This document shows, piece after piece, positions 1 through 8,503 of a DNA stretch of 64,000 bases. Numbering within the stretch: the stretch's first letter is position 1; each line of letters begins with the position of its first letter. The position numbers and the translations under genes are program-made. Below the pieces are notes generated by a model that saw only the letters and a list, made by a program, of their open reading frames with translations, had not been told where the DNA came from and did not search any database. Source of the DNA: an uncultured Anaerolineales bacterium (GTDB lineage: Bacteria; Chloroflexota; Anaerolineae; B4-G1; SLSP01); the NCBI GenBank assembly GCA_964508025.1, contig CAZDSF010000001.1:22320-86319 (forward strand), in the 5' to 3' direction.

Positions 1-197
1 CCACGATTGTGCCGCAGCTCAGCGCGGGTGCGGAAGTGACCGTGCCTTCGCAAGACGTGGACACGGTCGTGACCGAGTTCGGCGTCGCCGAGCTGCGCGG
101 ACGCTGCCTGCGCGACCGCGTCGCCGCGCTTATCGGCATCGCCCATCCCGATTTCCGCCCGCAGCTGTGGGAAGACGTGCGGCGATTGGGGATTTAG
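1..197 (+). CDS. C-terminal fragment of acetyl-CoA hydrolase/transferase family protein (5' end outside window)
   Basis: Open frame runs from window edge to TAG at 195-197; tail ...TEFGVAELRGR...IAHPDFRPQL resembles C-terminal domain of CoA-transferase/acetyl-CoA hydrolase family. Confidence 0.5.
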   Translation, partial: TIVPQLSAGAEVTVPSQDVDTVVTEFGVAELRGRCLRDRVAALIGIAHPDFRPQLWEDVRRLGI

Positions 198-271
198 CCG
201 ATTTTGGATTTTTGATTTTAGATTTTGGAGAGGAAGCTCTACTCCTTTACTCCCTTACTCCCTACTTCCGG
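189..271. repeat. (GATTTTR)n microsatellite followed by GTAGG-type palindromic repeat (copy 1 of family)
   Basis: gatttagccgattttggatttttgattttagattttgg then ctactcctttactcccttactccctacttcc; same TACTCCCTACTTCC units recur at 1728-1757 and 2154-2187. Confidence 0.6.
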
Positions 272-289
272 TATTTGTATGGAGGAACT

Positions 290-604
290 ATGACTGACCT
301 TCTCGGCAAATGGGAACAACCTGCTGGACAGCCGTTCGCGGGGCTGTGGTTCGAGTTTAAGGCGGATGGGACATTCCAGGCGGAACTGGCCTCGATGGGC
401 ATCACCTCCAGTGGGACGTACACCGCCGCTGACGGCAAGCTCGATATGGAGCAGACCGAGCACACGCTGGGATTATTGGGGCGTTTTGAGGGGCTATACG
501 CCATCGAGGGCGACACGCTCACCATGGCGCTCAACAACCCCGGCGAAGCGCGCCCGGTGGACTTCAAGCATCCGAACACGCGGATTTACAAGCGCATTGG
601 TTGA
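290..604 (+). CDS. hypothetical small protein (possibly lipocalin-like beta-barrel)
   Basis: ATG at 290 with GGAGGA RBS 3 nt upstream; 104 aa, no recognisable catalytic motif; upstream part of track ORF 167..604 is repeat DNA. Confidence 0.4.
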   Translation: MTDLLGKWEQPAGQPFAGLWFEFKADGTFQAELASMGITSSGTYTAADGKLDMEQTEHTLGLLGRFEGLYAIEGDTLTMALNNPGEARPVDFKHPNTRIYKRIG

Positions 605-663
605 AAGTTCAAAGTTGCAAGTTGAAGGTTGCATTGTCAACTTTCAACTTGCAACCTTCAACT
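601..663. repeat. extended imperfect palindrome (hairpin) between genes
   Basis: agttgaaggttgca (620-633) pairs with tgcaaccttcaact (650-663); additional nested gttgaaagtt/aactttcaac arms; overlaps stop of upstream gene and precedes RBS of hydrolase gene. Confidence 0.6.
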
Positions 664-685
664 ATTCAAAGAAAGGAGAGCCGAT

Positions 686-1735
686 ATGGACAAACCACAA
701 CCTTTAGCGGGCATCACCACCTGCATGATCGAGACGCCGCGCCTGAGGCAGCATGTGTATTTCTTCGGGCCGGAGGATGGCGTGCCGGTTATCTTCCTCC
801 ACGGCAATTTCTCCGCCGCACTGTACTGGGAGGAGACGATGCTCGCGCTGCCGGCAGGCTTCCGTGGCATCGCGCCCGATCTGCGCGGCTACGGCTGGAC
901 GGAGGACAAGCTGATTGACGCCACACGCGGGATGCGCGACTGGACCGACGACCTGCTCGCGCTGCTGGAGGCGCTGGGCATCGAGCGCGCGCATTTCGTG
1001 GGCTGGTCCATGGGCGCGGGCATCCTCTACCGCTTCATCGCCGACCACGCTGCGCGCGTGCTCTCGGCTACGCTTATCTGCCCCGTCTCGCCCTACGGCT
1101 TCGGCGGCACGAAGGATGTGGCGGGCAATCCCTGCTACGCCGATTTCGCTGGGTCGGGCGGCGGCGTGGTGAATCCCACGTTCGTCCAGCTCATCAAGGA
1201 TGGCGACCGGGGTGTGAGCGACCCGAACTCGCCGCGCAACGTCATCAACGCCTTCTACTATAAGCCGCCGTTCCAGGCCGCCCGCGAGGAGGATTTCCTC
1301 ACCGCGTCGCTCATGGAGAAGACTGGCAGCGACCGCTATCCCGGCGATTTTGTCCCCTCGCCCAACTGGCCCAACGTCGCGCCGGGCGTGCTAGGGCCGG
1401 TAAACGCCTGGTCGCTCAAGTACATTGCGCAGGATGCGCCGGATTTCATCGCGGCGAACCCCAAGCCGCCGATCCTCTGGGTGCGCGGCGACAGCGATAT
1501 GATTGTGGCGGATATGTCTATGTTTGACTTTGGCGCGCTGGGCAAGCTCGGTTTCGTCCCTGGCTGGCCCGGCGACGAGATTTACCCGCCGCAGCCGATG
1601 ATTGCCCAAACCCGCGCGGTTTTGGAGCAGTATGGCGACTTCGAGGAGCACGTCATCGAAGGCGCGGCGCACAGTCCGCACATCGAGAAGCCGGGCGTGT
1701 TCAATGGGTTGTTTCATGCGTTCTTGCGGAAGTAG
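686..1735 (+). CDS. alpha/beta-hydrolase fold protein
   Basis: ATG 686 preceded by AAAGGAGAG; HGNFS...GWSMGAG nucleophile elbow (G-x-S-x-G) and C-terminal His region typical of alpha/beta hydrolases. Confidence 0.7.
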   Translation: MDKPQPLAGITTCMIETPRLRQHVYFFGPEDGVPVIFLHGNFSAALYWEETMLALPAGFRGIAPDLRGYGWTEDKLIDATRGMRDWTDDLLALLEALGIERAHFVGWSMGAGILYRFIADHAARVLSATLICPVSPYGFGGTKDVAGNPCYADFAGSGGGVVNPTFVQLIKDGDRGVSDPNSPRNVINAFYYKPPFQAAREEDFLTASLMEKTGSDRYPGDFVPSPNWPNVAPGVLGPVNAWSLKYIAQDAPDFIAANPKPPILWVRGDSDMIVADMSMFDFGALGKLGFVPGWPGDEIYPPQPMIAQTRAVLEQYGDFEEHVIEGAAHSPHIEKPGVFNGLFHAFLRK

Positions 1736-1757
1736 GAAGTAGGGGAGTAGGGAGTAG
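1728..1757. repeat. GGAAGTAGG-unit repeat, left inverted repeat flanking four-helix-bundle gene
   Basis: ggaagtaggaagtaggggagtagggagtag; reverse complement matches 2154-2187 and 227-271. Confidence 0.6.
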
Positions 1758-1768
1758 AATGAATACTA

Positions 1769-2149
1769 ATGAGGGGTAGTGCGCCGAAGCATTTTCAACA
1801 GTTGGAGGCGTGGCAGGAAGCGCATAAATTGGTGTTGGATGTGTATACCAGCACCAAAACCTTTCCGCGTGAGGAGCTGTTTGGACTGGTCTCGCAAATG
1901 CGCCGGGCGGCAGTTTCTATCCCCGCTAACATTGCAGAGGGTTTCAAACGTCTTGGAATTCAGGAAAAAATCCGTTTCTACAACATTTCTGAAGGCTCAT
2001 TGGAAGAAGTGAAGTATTACATCATCCTGGCGCACGACTTGGGCTACCTCTCGTCCCGTGAGCCATTGATGGCGCAAGCCGAATCCGTCGGGCGGCTGCT
2101 CAATGGCCTCATCAACAGCACCCAACAGCGCAAGACACCCGACGTGTGA
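1769..2149 (+). CDS. four-helix-bundle protein of the '23S rRNA intervening sequence protein' family
   Basis: 126 aa, ...QQLEAWQEAHKLVLDVY...FPREELFGLVSQMRRAAVSIPANIAEG... matches conserved core of this family (TIGR02436-like; distant relative of DGR Avd). Confidence 0.8.
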   Translation: MRGSAPKHFQQLEAWQEAHKLVLDVYTSTKTFPREELFGLVSQMRRAAVSIPANIAEGFKRLGIQEKIRFYNISEGSLEEVKYYIILAHDLGYLSSREPLMAQAESVGRLLNGLINSTQQRKTPDV

Positions 2150-2153
2150 GGTT

Positions 2154-2187
2154 CTATTACTCCCTTACTTCCTACTCCCTACTTCCC
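2154..2187. repeat. GTAGG-unit repeat, right inverted repeat flanking four-helix-bundle gene
   Basis: ctattactcccttacttcctactccctacttccc, inverted relative to 1728-1757. Confidence 0.6.
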
Positions 2188-2199
2188 GGAGAAAGATAG

Positions 2200-3015
2200 A
2201 TGGCTTGCATTAGTATCAACGGCGCAAATTTATACTATGAGCTGCACGGCCCCGCCGACGCTCCCGTCGTCGCGCTGGTCAATGGTGTGCTGATGAACAC
2301 GGCGGGCTGGGCTTATCAGACGCCTGTGTTGGCGCGGCGCTATCGCGTACTGCTACATGATTGCCGCGGACAGGGGCAATCGGAGCATCCCGCCGGCCCG
2401 TACTCGATGCGGCAGCACGCGGATGATCTCGCCGCGCTGCTCGACGCGCTGAACATCAAGGCGGCGCACATTGCGGGCATCTCCTATGGCGGCGAGATCG
2501 CGCAACTGATGGGCATTCACTACCCGGAGAAAGTCCGCTCGCTGTTCCTCTCCTCCACCGTGAGCGAGGTGTGTCCGCTGCTCCGCGCCAAAATCGAGGC
2601 GTGGATAGCGGCCGCCGAGCGGCGCGACGGAGCCATGCTCTACCGCGCCTCGGTCGCTGATAACTTCAGCGAACTTTGGCTCGCGGCGCATCCCACCTGG
2701 GCGGAGGCGTCCATTCCCCGCTACGAGCAGCTCAATTTCGACGCGGTGCTGGCGCTCTGCCGCGCCTTCCTGGACATTGATTGGACCGCCGAGCTACATC
2801 GCATCGCCGCGCCGACGATGGTGGTGGTGGGCGAGCTCGACGCGCTCAAACCGCTCGCGCCGTATAGTCGCCTGCTCGTGGAACACATCCCCGGCGCGCA
2901 ACTGCTGATTTTAGGCAACGCCGGCCACGCCTGCTGCATCGAAACGCCGGGGGCGTGGAATGCAGCGGTGCTGGGGTGGCTATCCTTGCAAGTCGGCAAT
3001 GCATCGCAGTCATAA
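2200..3015 (+). CDS. alpha/beta hydrolase (3-oxoadipate enol-lactonase-like)
   Basis: HGPADAPVVALVNG...GISYGGEIAQ (G-x-S-x-G), 271 aa, typical PcaD/alpha-beta hydrolase layout. Confidence 0.75.
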   Translation: MACISINGANLYYELHGPADAPVVALVNGVLMNTAGWAYQTPVLARRYRVLLHDCRGQGQSEHPAGPYSMRQHADDLAALLDALNIKAAHIAGISYGGEIAQLMGIHYPEKVRSLFLSSTVSEVCPLLRAKIEAWIAAAERRDGAMLYRASVADNFSELWLAAHPTWAEASIPRYEQLNFDAVLALCRAFLDIDWTAELHRIAAPTMVVVGELDALKPLAPYSRLLVEHIPGAQLLILGNAGHACCIETPGAWNAAVLGWLSLQVGNASQS

Positions 3016-3075
3016 TGCGTACTGCGTAACCGGAAAATTCTTACGCATTACGAAGTACGCAGTACGTTATGTACG
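3008..3075. repeat. TACGCA/TGCGTA palindromic intergenic repeat (copy 1 of 3)
   Basis: taatgcgtactgcgtaa...ttacgcattacgaagtacgcagtacgtta; related copies at 7546-7615 and 8421-8490. Confidence 0.65.
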
Positions 3076-3120
3076 AAGAAATCATCTAAACAAGCAAACG
3101 CTTTAGGAGGAGGAAATTTT

Positions 3121-4383
3121 ATGCACCAACGCAAACTTGGCCGTGGCGTCGCGGTAGTCGGCGCGGGGATGAGCAAGTTCGGCGCGTTTCCCGGCCTGGC
3201 GACCCGCGATCTGTTCGTGGAGGCGTTCCGCGAGATGTTGGCCTCGGTGGATAAGGGCTTTGACGCCCGCGACATCGAAGCGCTGTACATCGGCAACTTC
3301 AGCAGCGACCTGTTCGAGGGGCAGGCGCATGTTGCGCCGATTATGGCCGACTGGGTTGGGCTGACCCCGCGCCCGGCCACCCGCATCGAAGATGCCTGCG
3401 CCAGCAGCGGCGTCGCGCTCCGCGAGGGCATCATCGCCATTGCCTCCGGCCTGTACGACATCGTGCTGGTCGGCGGCGTCGAGAAGATGACCGATCTGCC
3501 CACCGCTCGCGTCACCGATACGCTGGCGACCGCCGCCGATGTGACCTACGAGGTCGCGGCGGGCTTCACCTTCCCCGGCCTCTACGCCTCGATGGCGACG
3601 GCGTACATGGCGGCTTACGGCGCCACCCCCGAAGCCTTCCTCAAAGTGGGCCTCAAGAACCACGAAAACGGCGCGCTCAATCCCAAAGCGCAGTTCGGCC
3701 AGCGGATTGCGGACATCATGGAGGCGCGCAAAGCCAGCGCAGCGAAGAAAGGTAAGCCCATCCCCACCTGGGCGGATGAGCTGGCCTTTCTCACCGACGA
3801 GCGCGCCAATCCCACCATCGCCTGGCCGATGCGGCTCTACGACTGCTCGCCCATCTCCGACGGCGCGGCGGCGCTGCTGCTGGTGAGCGAGGAGCTGGCG
3901 ACGCGCTTCAGCAACGCGCCGCTCTATGTGGTGGGCGCGGGTCAAGCCAGCGACGGCGCGACGCATGACCGCCCCATCCTCACGGGCATCCCGGCGGCGC
4001 AGCGGGCCGCCCAGATGGCCTACGCGATGGCGGGCATTACCCCGGCGGACATCGCCCTGGCTGAAGTTCACGACTGCTTCACCATTGCTGAGATCATGGC
4101 GACCGAAGACCTGGGCTTTTTCGCGCCGGGCGAGGGCTGGCGGGCCGCCATTGAGGGGCGCACGGCGCGCACGGGCGACCGTCCCATCAACTGCTCCGGT
4201 GGCCTCAAATCAAAGGGGCATCCGGTGGGCGCATCGGGCGCGGGCCAGGTGTTGGAAATCTGGAAGCAACTGCGCGGCGAAGCGGGCGCGCGGCAGTTAC
4301 CGGGCGAGCTCCGCTTCGGGCTGACCCACAACGTCGGCGGCACGGGCCAGACCTGCGCCGTCCACATCTTCGAGCGGAGGTAG
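3121..4383 (+). CDS. thiolase-like protein (SCP-x / DUF35-partner type acetyl-CoA C-acyltransferase)
   Basis: AGGAGGAGG RBS; VAVVGAGMSKFG start, catalytic Cys region EDACASSG, C-terminal GHPVGASGAGQ; stop overlaps next gene start. Confidence 0.8.
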   Translation: MHQRKLGRGVAVVGAGMSKFGAFPGLATRDLFVEAFREMLASVDKGFDARDIEALYIGNFSSDLFEGQAHVAPIMADWVGLTPRPATRIEDACASSGVALREGIIAIASGLYDIVLVGGVEKMTDLPTARVTDTLATAADVTYEVAAGFTFPGLYASMATAYMAAYGATPEAFLKVGLKNHENGALNPKAQFGQRIADIMEARKASAAKKGKPIPTWADELAFLTDERANPTIAWPMRLYDCSPISDGAAALLLVSEELATRFSNAPLYVVGAGQASDGATHDRPILTGIPAAQRAAQMAYAMAGITPADIALAEVHDCFTIAEIMATEDLGFFAPGEGWRAAIEGRTARTGDRPINCSGGLKSKGHPVGASGAGQVLEIWKQLRGEAGARQLPGELRFGLTHNVGGTGQTCAVHIFERR

Positions 4384-4386
4384 ACC

Positions 4387-4806
4387 ATGAGCGAGCAAGC
4401 ATTTACCGGTACAGCATTCTATGAATTCCTGAAAGAGCACAAGCTTATGGGTGTGCGCTGCCCGCAGTGCGGCGCGATCTACGCCCCGCCGCGCCCGCTC
4501 TGCCCGGCCTGCCCCGAAGCTAATCTGGAATGGGTGGAGCTCTCCGGCGCGGGCAAACTGGCGAGCTACAGCGTCATCGCCATCGCGCCGACGGCCATGC
4601 TCGAAGCGGGCTACGGGCGCGAGAACCCCTACTGCTCCGGCGTGGTGGAGCTGGCCGAAGGGCCGCGCATCAGCGCGCAGATTCTCGGCGTGGATGTGGC
4701 GCACCCGGAGGCCATCGAAATTGGCGTTCCCGTCAAAGTCGCCTTCATCGAGCGCGGCAAGGGCGAGGCGCAGAAGACGTTTTTGGCGTTTGAGGTTGTC
4801 GCGTAG
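4387..4806 (+). CDS. DUF35 family Zn-ribbon/OB-fold protein (thiolase partner)
   Basis: CPQCGAIYAPPRPLCPACP Zn ribbon followed by OB-fold region; classic thiolase-DUF35 gene pair. Confidence 0.8.
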   Translation: MSEQAFTGTAFYEFLKEHKLMGVRCPQCGAIYAPPRPLCPACPEANLEWVELSGAGKLASYSVIAIAPTAMLEAGYGRENPYCSGVVELAEGPRISAQILGVDVAHPEAIEIGVPVKVAFIERGKGEAQKTFLAFEVVA

Positions 4807-4867
4807 TTTGTAGAGAGCAGTTTGCAGTGAATGTTTTGTGGAGCGCCGTTTGTAGCGTAAAATACCA

Positions 4868-4895
4868 CTCACTGCTCACTGCTCACTAATTTCAG
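4868..4895. repeat. CACTGCTCA tandem/palindromic repeat (family also at 40130-40185 and 55838-55900)
   Basis: accactcactgctcactgctcactaa. Confidence 0.5.
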
Positions 4896-4924
4896 TTTAC
4901 CATTTTATCAGGAGGAGGAATTCC

Positions 4925-7483
4925 ATGAAACGGCTTTCGAATGTATTGATGTTGGTGGTGCTGTTGGGTGGTTTGCTCAGCGCGTGTGTACAGAAGGTGG
5001 AGCCAACCGTCACCCCTGCGCCGACGACTGCCGCTCCCACGACTGCGGCTCCGACGCAAGCGACGCTCGGCTCGGTGCTGAAGATCGGGCAGATCTCAAT
5101 GTTATCCGGGGCGATGGCGCTATATGGACAACAGCAGGTGCGCGGCTTCGAGCTGGGGTTGGAATACGCTTCCGGCGGCAAGCAGGATGCGCAAGGGCGC
5201 TGGATCATCGCCAACCGCCCGGTGGAAGTGATCACGCGCGATGACGAGGGCAACCCGGAGAAGGGTGTGGCGGCGGCGCGCGAGTTGATTGAGAAGGATG
5301 GCGTGGAGATTCTGCAAGGGCCGGTAAGTTCGGCGGTGGCAGTGGCGCTCACGACTATTGCGCAGGAGAACAAGATCATCCTGATGATTGACCCGGCGGC
5401 ATCGGCGTTCCCGACGGGGCCGAACTTCAATCCCTACGTGTTCCGCACGAGCCGCACGAACTACGATGATGTGCTGGTGATCGCCAGGTATCTGGTGGAG
5501 AACGTAGGCGAGAAGTTCGCGCACATCGGCATTGATAACGCTTTCGGGCAGGGCAGCGGCATTGCGCTCAAGTTTGCGGTGGAGAAATATGGTGGGCGTG
5601 TGGTGGATGACATCTACGCGCCGTTTGATACGACGGACTTCACGCCGTACATTCAGCGGGCGATGGATTCGGGCGCGGACTGCCTGTTCCTGACCTGGTC
5701 GGGCACGGGTTACGTGACTTTGTTCCAGCAGTTGAGCGACCTGGGCGCGCTGGATGAGATGACCGTGGCGACCGGCTACGGCGACAATGCCTCCTTCGCG
5801 GCGGTCTACGGTTCGGCGTTGGGGCAAATCGGGCTGAATGTGTACCACTACACCGTGCCCGACAATCCCATCAACGATTGGCTGGTGAAGCGCCACCTGG
5901 AGGAGTTCAAGGAGCCGCCGGATCTGTTCACGGCGGGCGGCATGGCTTCCGCGTTGGCGCTGGCGGCGGCGTTGGAGAAGACGGGCGGCGATGCTACGGG
6001 TGATGTGATGATCAAGGCACTGGAGGGGCTGAAATTCGAAGGGCCTAAGGGCACGTACTTCATCCGCCCAGAGGATCACGTTTGCGAGCAGCCGATGAAC
6101 ATCCTGCGGCTCGTGAATCTGAACCCCGACCTCGATGGCGACGGCATTCCAGAGTACAAGTTCTTCGAGACGGTGTACGTCTCCAAGTATGATGAGTTGG
6201 GTGTGCCCTGCACGCTGACCGGCGACTACGCCGCGCGCTGTGAAGGGGTGGTCGCGCGGCAGGCAGCGCGCGCTGAGGAGAAACCGCTCGGCGAGGTGTT
6301 GAAGATCGGGCAGATCTCGATGCTTTCCGGCGTGATGGCGCTGTATGGACAGCAGCAGGTACGCGGCTTCGAGCTGGGGTTGGAATACGCCTCTGGCGGC
6401 AAGCAGGATGCGCAAGGGCGCTGGATCATCGCCAACCGCCCGGTGGAAGTGATCACGCGCGATGACGAGGGCAACCCGGAGAAGGGTGTGGCGGCGGCGC
6501 GCGAGTTGATTGAGAAGGATGGCGTGGAGATTCTGCAAGGGCCGGTGAGTTCGGCAGTGGCGGTGGCGCTCACGACCATTGCGCAGGAGAACAAGATCAT
6601 CCTGATGATTGACCCGGCGGCGTCGGCGTTCCCGACGGGGCCAAACTTCAATCCCTATGTGTTCCGCACGAGCCGCACGAATTACGATGATGTGCTGGTG
6701 ATCGCCAAGTATTTGGTGGAGAACGTGGGCGACAAGTTCGCGCACATCGGCATTGATAACGCTTTCGGACAGGGCAGCGGCATCGCGCTGGCTTACGCGG
6801 TGGGGCAGTACGGCGGCGAAGTGATCGCCGACATCTACGCGCCGTTTGACACGACGGACTTCACGCCGTACATTCAGCGGGCGATGGATTCGGGCGCAGA
6901 CTGCCTGTTCCTGACCTGGTCGGGCACGGGCTACGTGACCTTGTTCCAGCAGTTGAGCGATCTGGGCGCGCTGGATGAGATGACCGTGGCGACCGGTTAC
7001 GGCGACAATGCCTCCTTCGCGGCGGTCTACGGTTCGGCGTTGGGGCAGATCGGGCTGAATGTGTACCATTACACCGTGCCCGATAACGCCATCAACGACT
7101 GGCTGGTGAAGCGGCACCTGGAGGAGTTCAAGGAGCCGCCGGATCTGTTCACGGCGGGCGGCATGGCATCGGCGTTGGCGCTGGCCGCCGCGTTGGAGAA
7201 GACGGGCGGCGATGCTACGGGCGATGTGATGATCAAGGCGCTGGAGGGGTTGAAGTTCCAGGGGCCCAAAGGCACGTACTACATTCGCCCAGAGGATCAC
7301 GTTTGCGAGCAGCCGATGAACATTCTGCGGCTCGTGAATCTGAACCCCGACCTCGATGGCGACGGCATTCCGGAGTACAAGTTCTTCGAGACGGTGTACG
7401 TCTCCAAGTATGATGAGTTGGGTGTGCCCTGCACGCTGACCGGCGACTACGCCGCGCGCTGCGGTAATCTGCGCACGCCGTAA
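4925..7483 (+). CDS. fused tandem-duplicated branched-chain amino acid ABC transporter substrate-binding lipoprotein (two LivJ-like modules)
   Basis: AGGAGGAGG RBS; signal peptide with LLSAC lipobox; module 1 (~5083-6242) and module 2 (~6293-7452) ~95% identical in DNA and protein; type-I periplasmic binding fold. Confidence 0.8.
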   Translation: MKRLSNVLMLVVLLGGLLSACVQKVEPTVTPAPTTAAPTTAAPTQATLGSVLKIGQISMLSGAMALYGQQQVRGFELGLEYASGGKQDAQGRWIIANRPVEVITRDDEGNPEKGVAAARELIEKDGVEILQGPVSSAVAVALTTIAQENKIILMIDPAASAFPTGPNFNPYVFRTSRTNYDDVLVIARYLVENVGEKFAHIGIDNAFGQGSGIALKFAVEKYGGRVVDDIYAPFDTTDFTPYIQRAMDSGADCLFLTWSGTGYVTLFQQLSDLGALDEMTVATGYGDNASFAAVYGSALGQIGLNVYHYTVPDNPINDWLVKRHLEEFKEPPDLFTAGGMASALALAAALEKTGGDATGDVMIKALEGLKFEGPKGTYFIRPEDHVCEQPMNILRLVNLNPDLDGDGIPEYKFFETVYVSKYDELGVPCTLTGDYAARCEGVVARQAARAEEKPLGEVLKIGQISMLSGVMALYGQQQVRGFELGLEYASGGKQDAQGRWIIANRPVEVITRDDEGNPEKGVAAARELIEKDGVEILQGPVSSAVAVALTTIAQENKIILMIDPAASAFPTGPNFNPYVFRTSRTNYDDVLVIAKYLVENVGDKFAHIGIDNAFGQGSGIALAYAVGQYGGEVIADIYAPFDTTDFTPYIQRAMDSGADCLFLTWSGTGYVTLFQQLSDLGALDEMTVATGYGDNASFAAVYGSALGQIGLNVYHYTVPDNAINDWLVKRHLEEFKEPPDLFTAGGMASALALAAALEKTGGDATGDVMIKALEGLKFQGPKGTYYIRPEDHVCEQPMNILRLVNLNPDLDGDGIPEYKFFETVYVSKYDELGVPCTLTGDYAARCGNLRTP

Positions 7484-7500
7484 CGGCTGTGGATTAACGG

Positions 7501-7530
7501 GGAGACGGGCATCAGCGGGTGTCCGTCTCC
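7501..7530 (+). terminator. stem-loop after SBP gene
   Basis: ggagacggg catcagcgggtgt cccgtctcc, perfect 8-9 bp stem 18 nt after stop. Confidence 0.5.
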
Positions 7531-7545
7531 CTGAATCCGTAATTC

Positions 7546-7615
7546 GTAATCCGTAATGCGTAATCTGTAAGCGCGCTCTTACGCATTACGTAGTACGTAT
7601 TACGGATCACGTTAT
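7546..7615. repeat. TACGCA/TGCGTA palindromic intergenic repeat (copy 2)
   Basis: ccgtaattcgtaatccgtaatgcgtaat...ttacgcattacgtagtacgtattacgg. Confidence 0.65.
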
Positions 7616-7634
7616 CTTGATGGAGCTCAGATAG

Positions 7635-8429
7635 ATGACCAATTCGATGTCTGAACGCGAAGTGATTCTTGAGGTGCGCAACTTGCGCAAGGAGTTTGGC
7701 GGCCTGGTGGCGGTGGATGATGTGAGCGGCAAGGTGTACGCGCGCACCTTACACTCCATCATCGGCCCGAATGGCGCGGGTAAAACCACGTTGTTCAATT
7801 TGATGAGCGGCACGATGCCGCCGACACGTGGGCAGATCTTCTTCAAGGGTAAGGACATCACCCATCAACCCCCCTATCACATGGTGCATCAGGGGTTGGG
7901 CCGCTCGTTCCAGATCACCAACATCTTCCCGAATCTCACGGTGTTGGAGAACATTCGCCTTGCGGCGCAAGCGATAGGCCATGACAATTTCAAGCTCTTT
8001 CAGCATGTGAACCGTTTCACCCGGTATGAGGAGCAGGCCCGCGAGGTTATCGTCATGGTGGGTTTGCAGGGGCTTGAGTTAATGCCGGCGCGAAACCTGG
8101 CGCATGGGCAAAAGCGCAAGTTGGAGTTGGGGATCATGCTCGCCAGCAAGCCGGAAATCCTGCTGCTTGATGAGCCGACGGCGGGCATGTCCTCGGAGCA
8201 GGTGCCGGAATTGCTCGAGGTGTTGCGCCGGATCATGGAGCAAGGCGACAAGACCATTGTGCTGGTGGAGCATCGGATGGATGTGGTAATGAGCATTTCT
8301 GATACGATCACGGTGATGCACTTGGGGAATATCCTGGCAGAGGGCACGCCCCAGGAAATTGCCGCGAACGCTTTGGTACAGAAGGCGTATCTCGGCGCGC
8401 TGTATGGGGATTTGGGATCTACTGCGTAA
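7635..8429 (+). CDS. livG: branched-chain amino acid ABC transporter ATP-binding protein (LivG-like)
   Basis: Walker A GPNGAGKTT, ABC signature and Walker B LLLDEP; 264 aa. Confidence 0.8.
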   Translation: MTNSMSEREVILEVRNLRKEFGGLVAVDDVSGKVYARTLHSIIGPNGAGKTTLFNLMSGTMPPTRGQIFFKGKDITHQPPYHMVHQGLGRSFQITNIFPNLTVLENIRLAAQAIGHDNFKLFQHVNRFTRYEEQAREVIVMVGLQGLELMPARNLAHGQKRKLELGIMLASKPEILLLDEPTAGMSSEQVPELLEVLRRIMEQGDKTIVLVEHRMDVVMSISDTITVMHLGNILAEGTPQEIAANALVQKAYLGALYGDLGSTA

Positions 8430-8490
8430 TGCGTCCTGCGTCCTGCGTACTACGTAAGTTCTCTTTACGCATGACGCAGTACGCATTATA
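8421..8490. repeat. TACGCA/TGCGTA palindromic intergenic repeat (copy 3)
   Basis: ctgcgtaatgcgtcctgcgtcctgcgtac...ttacgcatgacgcagtacgcatta. Confidence 0.65.
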
Positions 8491-8503
8491 GTGAGGAGCA
8501 GAT

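Noticed and set aside
1769-2149. Diversity-generating retroelement (four-helix-bundle protein as Avd)
   Set aside because: No reverse transcriptase, template repeat or variable repeat nearby; the gene is a stand-alone member of the 23S-rRNA-IVS protein family.
5120-7300. 726-aa minus-strand ORF antisense to the binding-protein gene, and similar long antisense ORFs (3103-4071, 16736-18196, 19083-19919, 23638-25086, 26471-27649, 29064-30431)
   Set aside because: Shadow ORFs typical of high-GC DNA: Arg/Ala/Gly-rich low-complexity translations, no RBS, fully overlapped by well-supported genes on the other strand.
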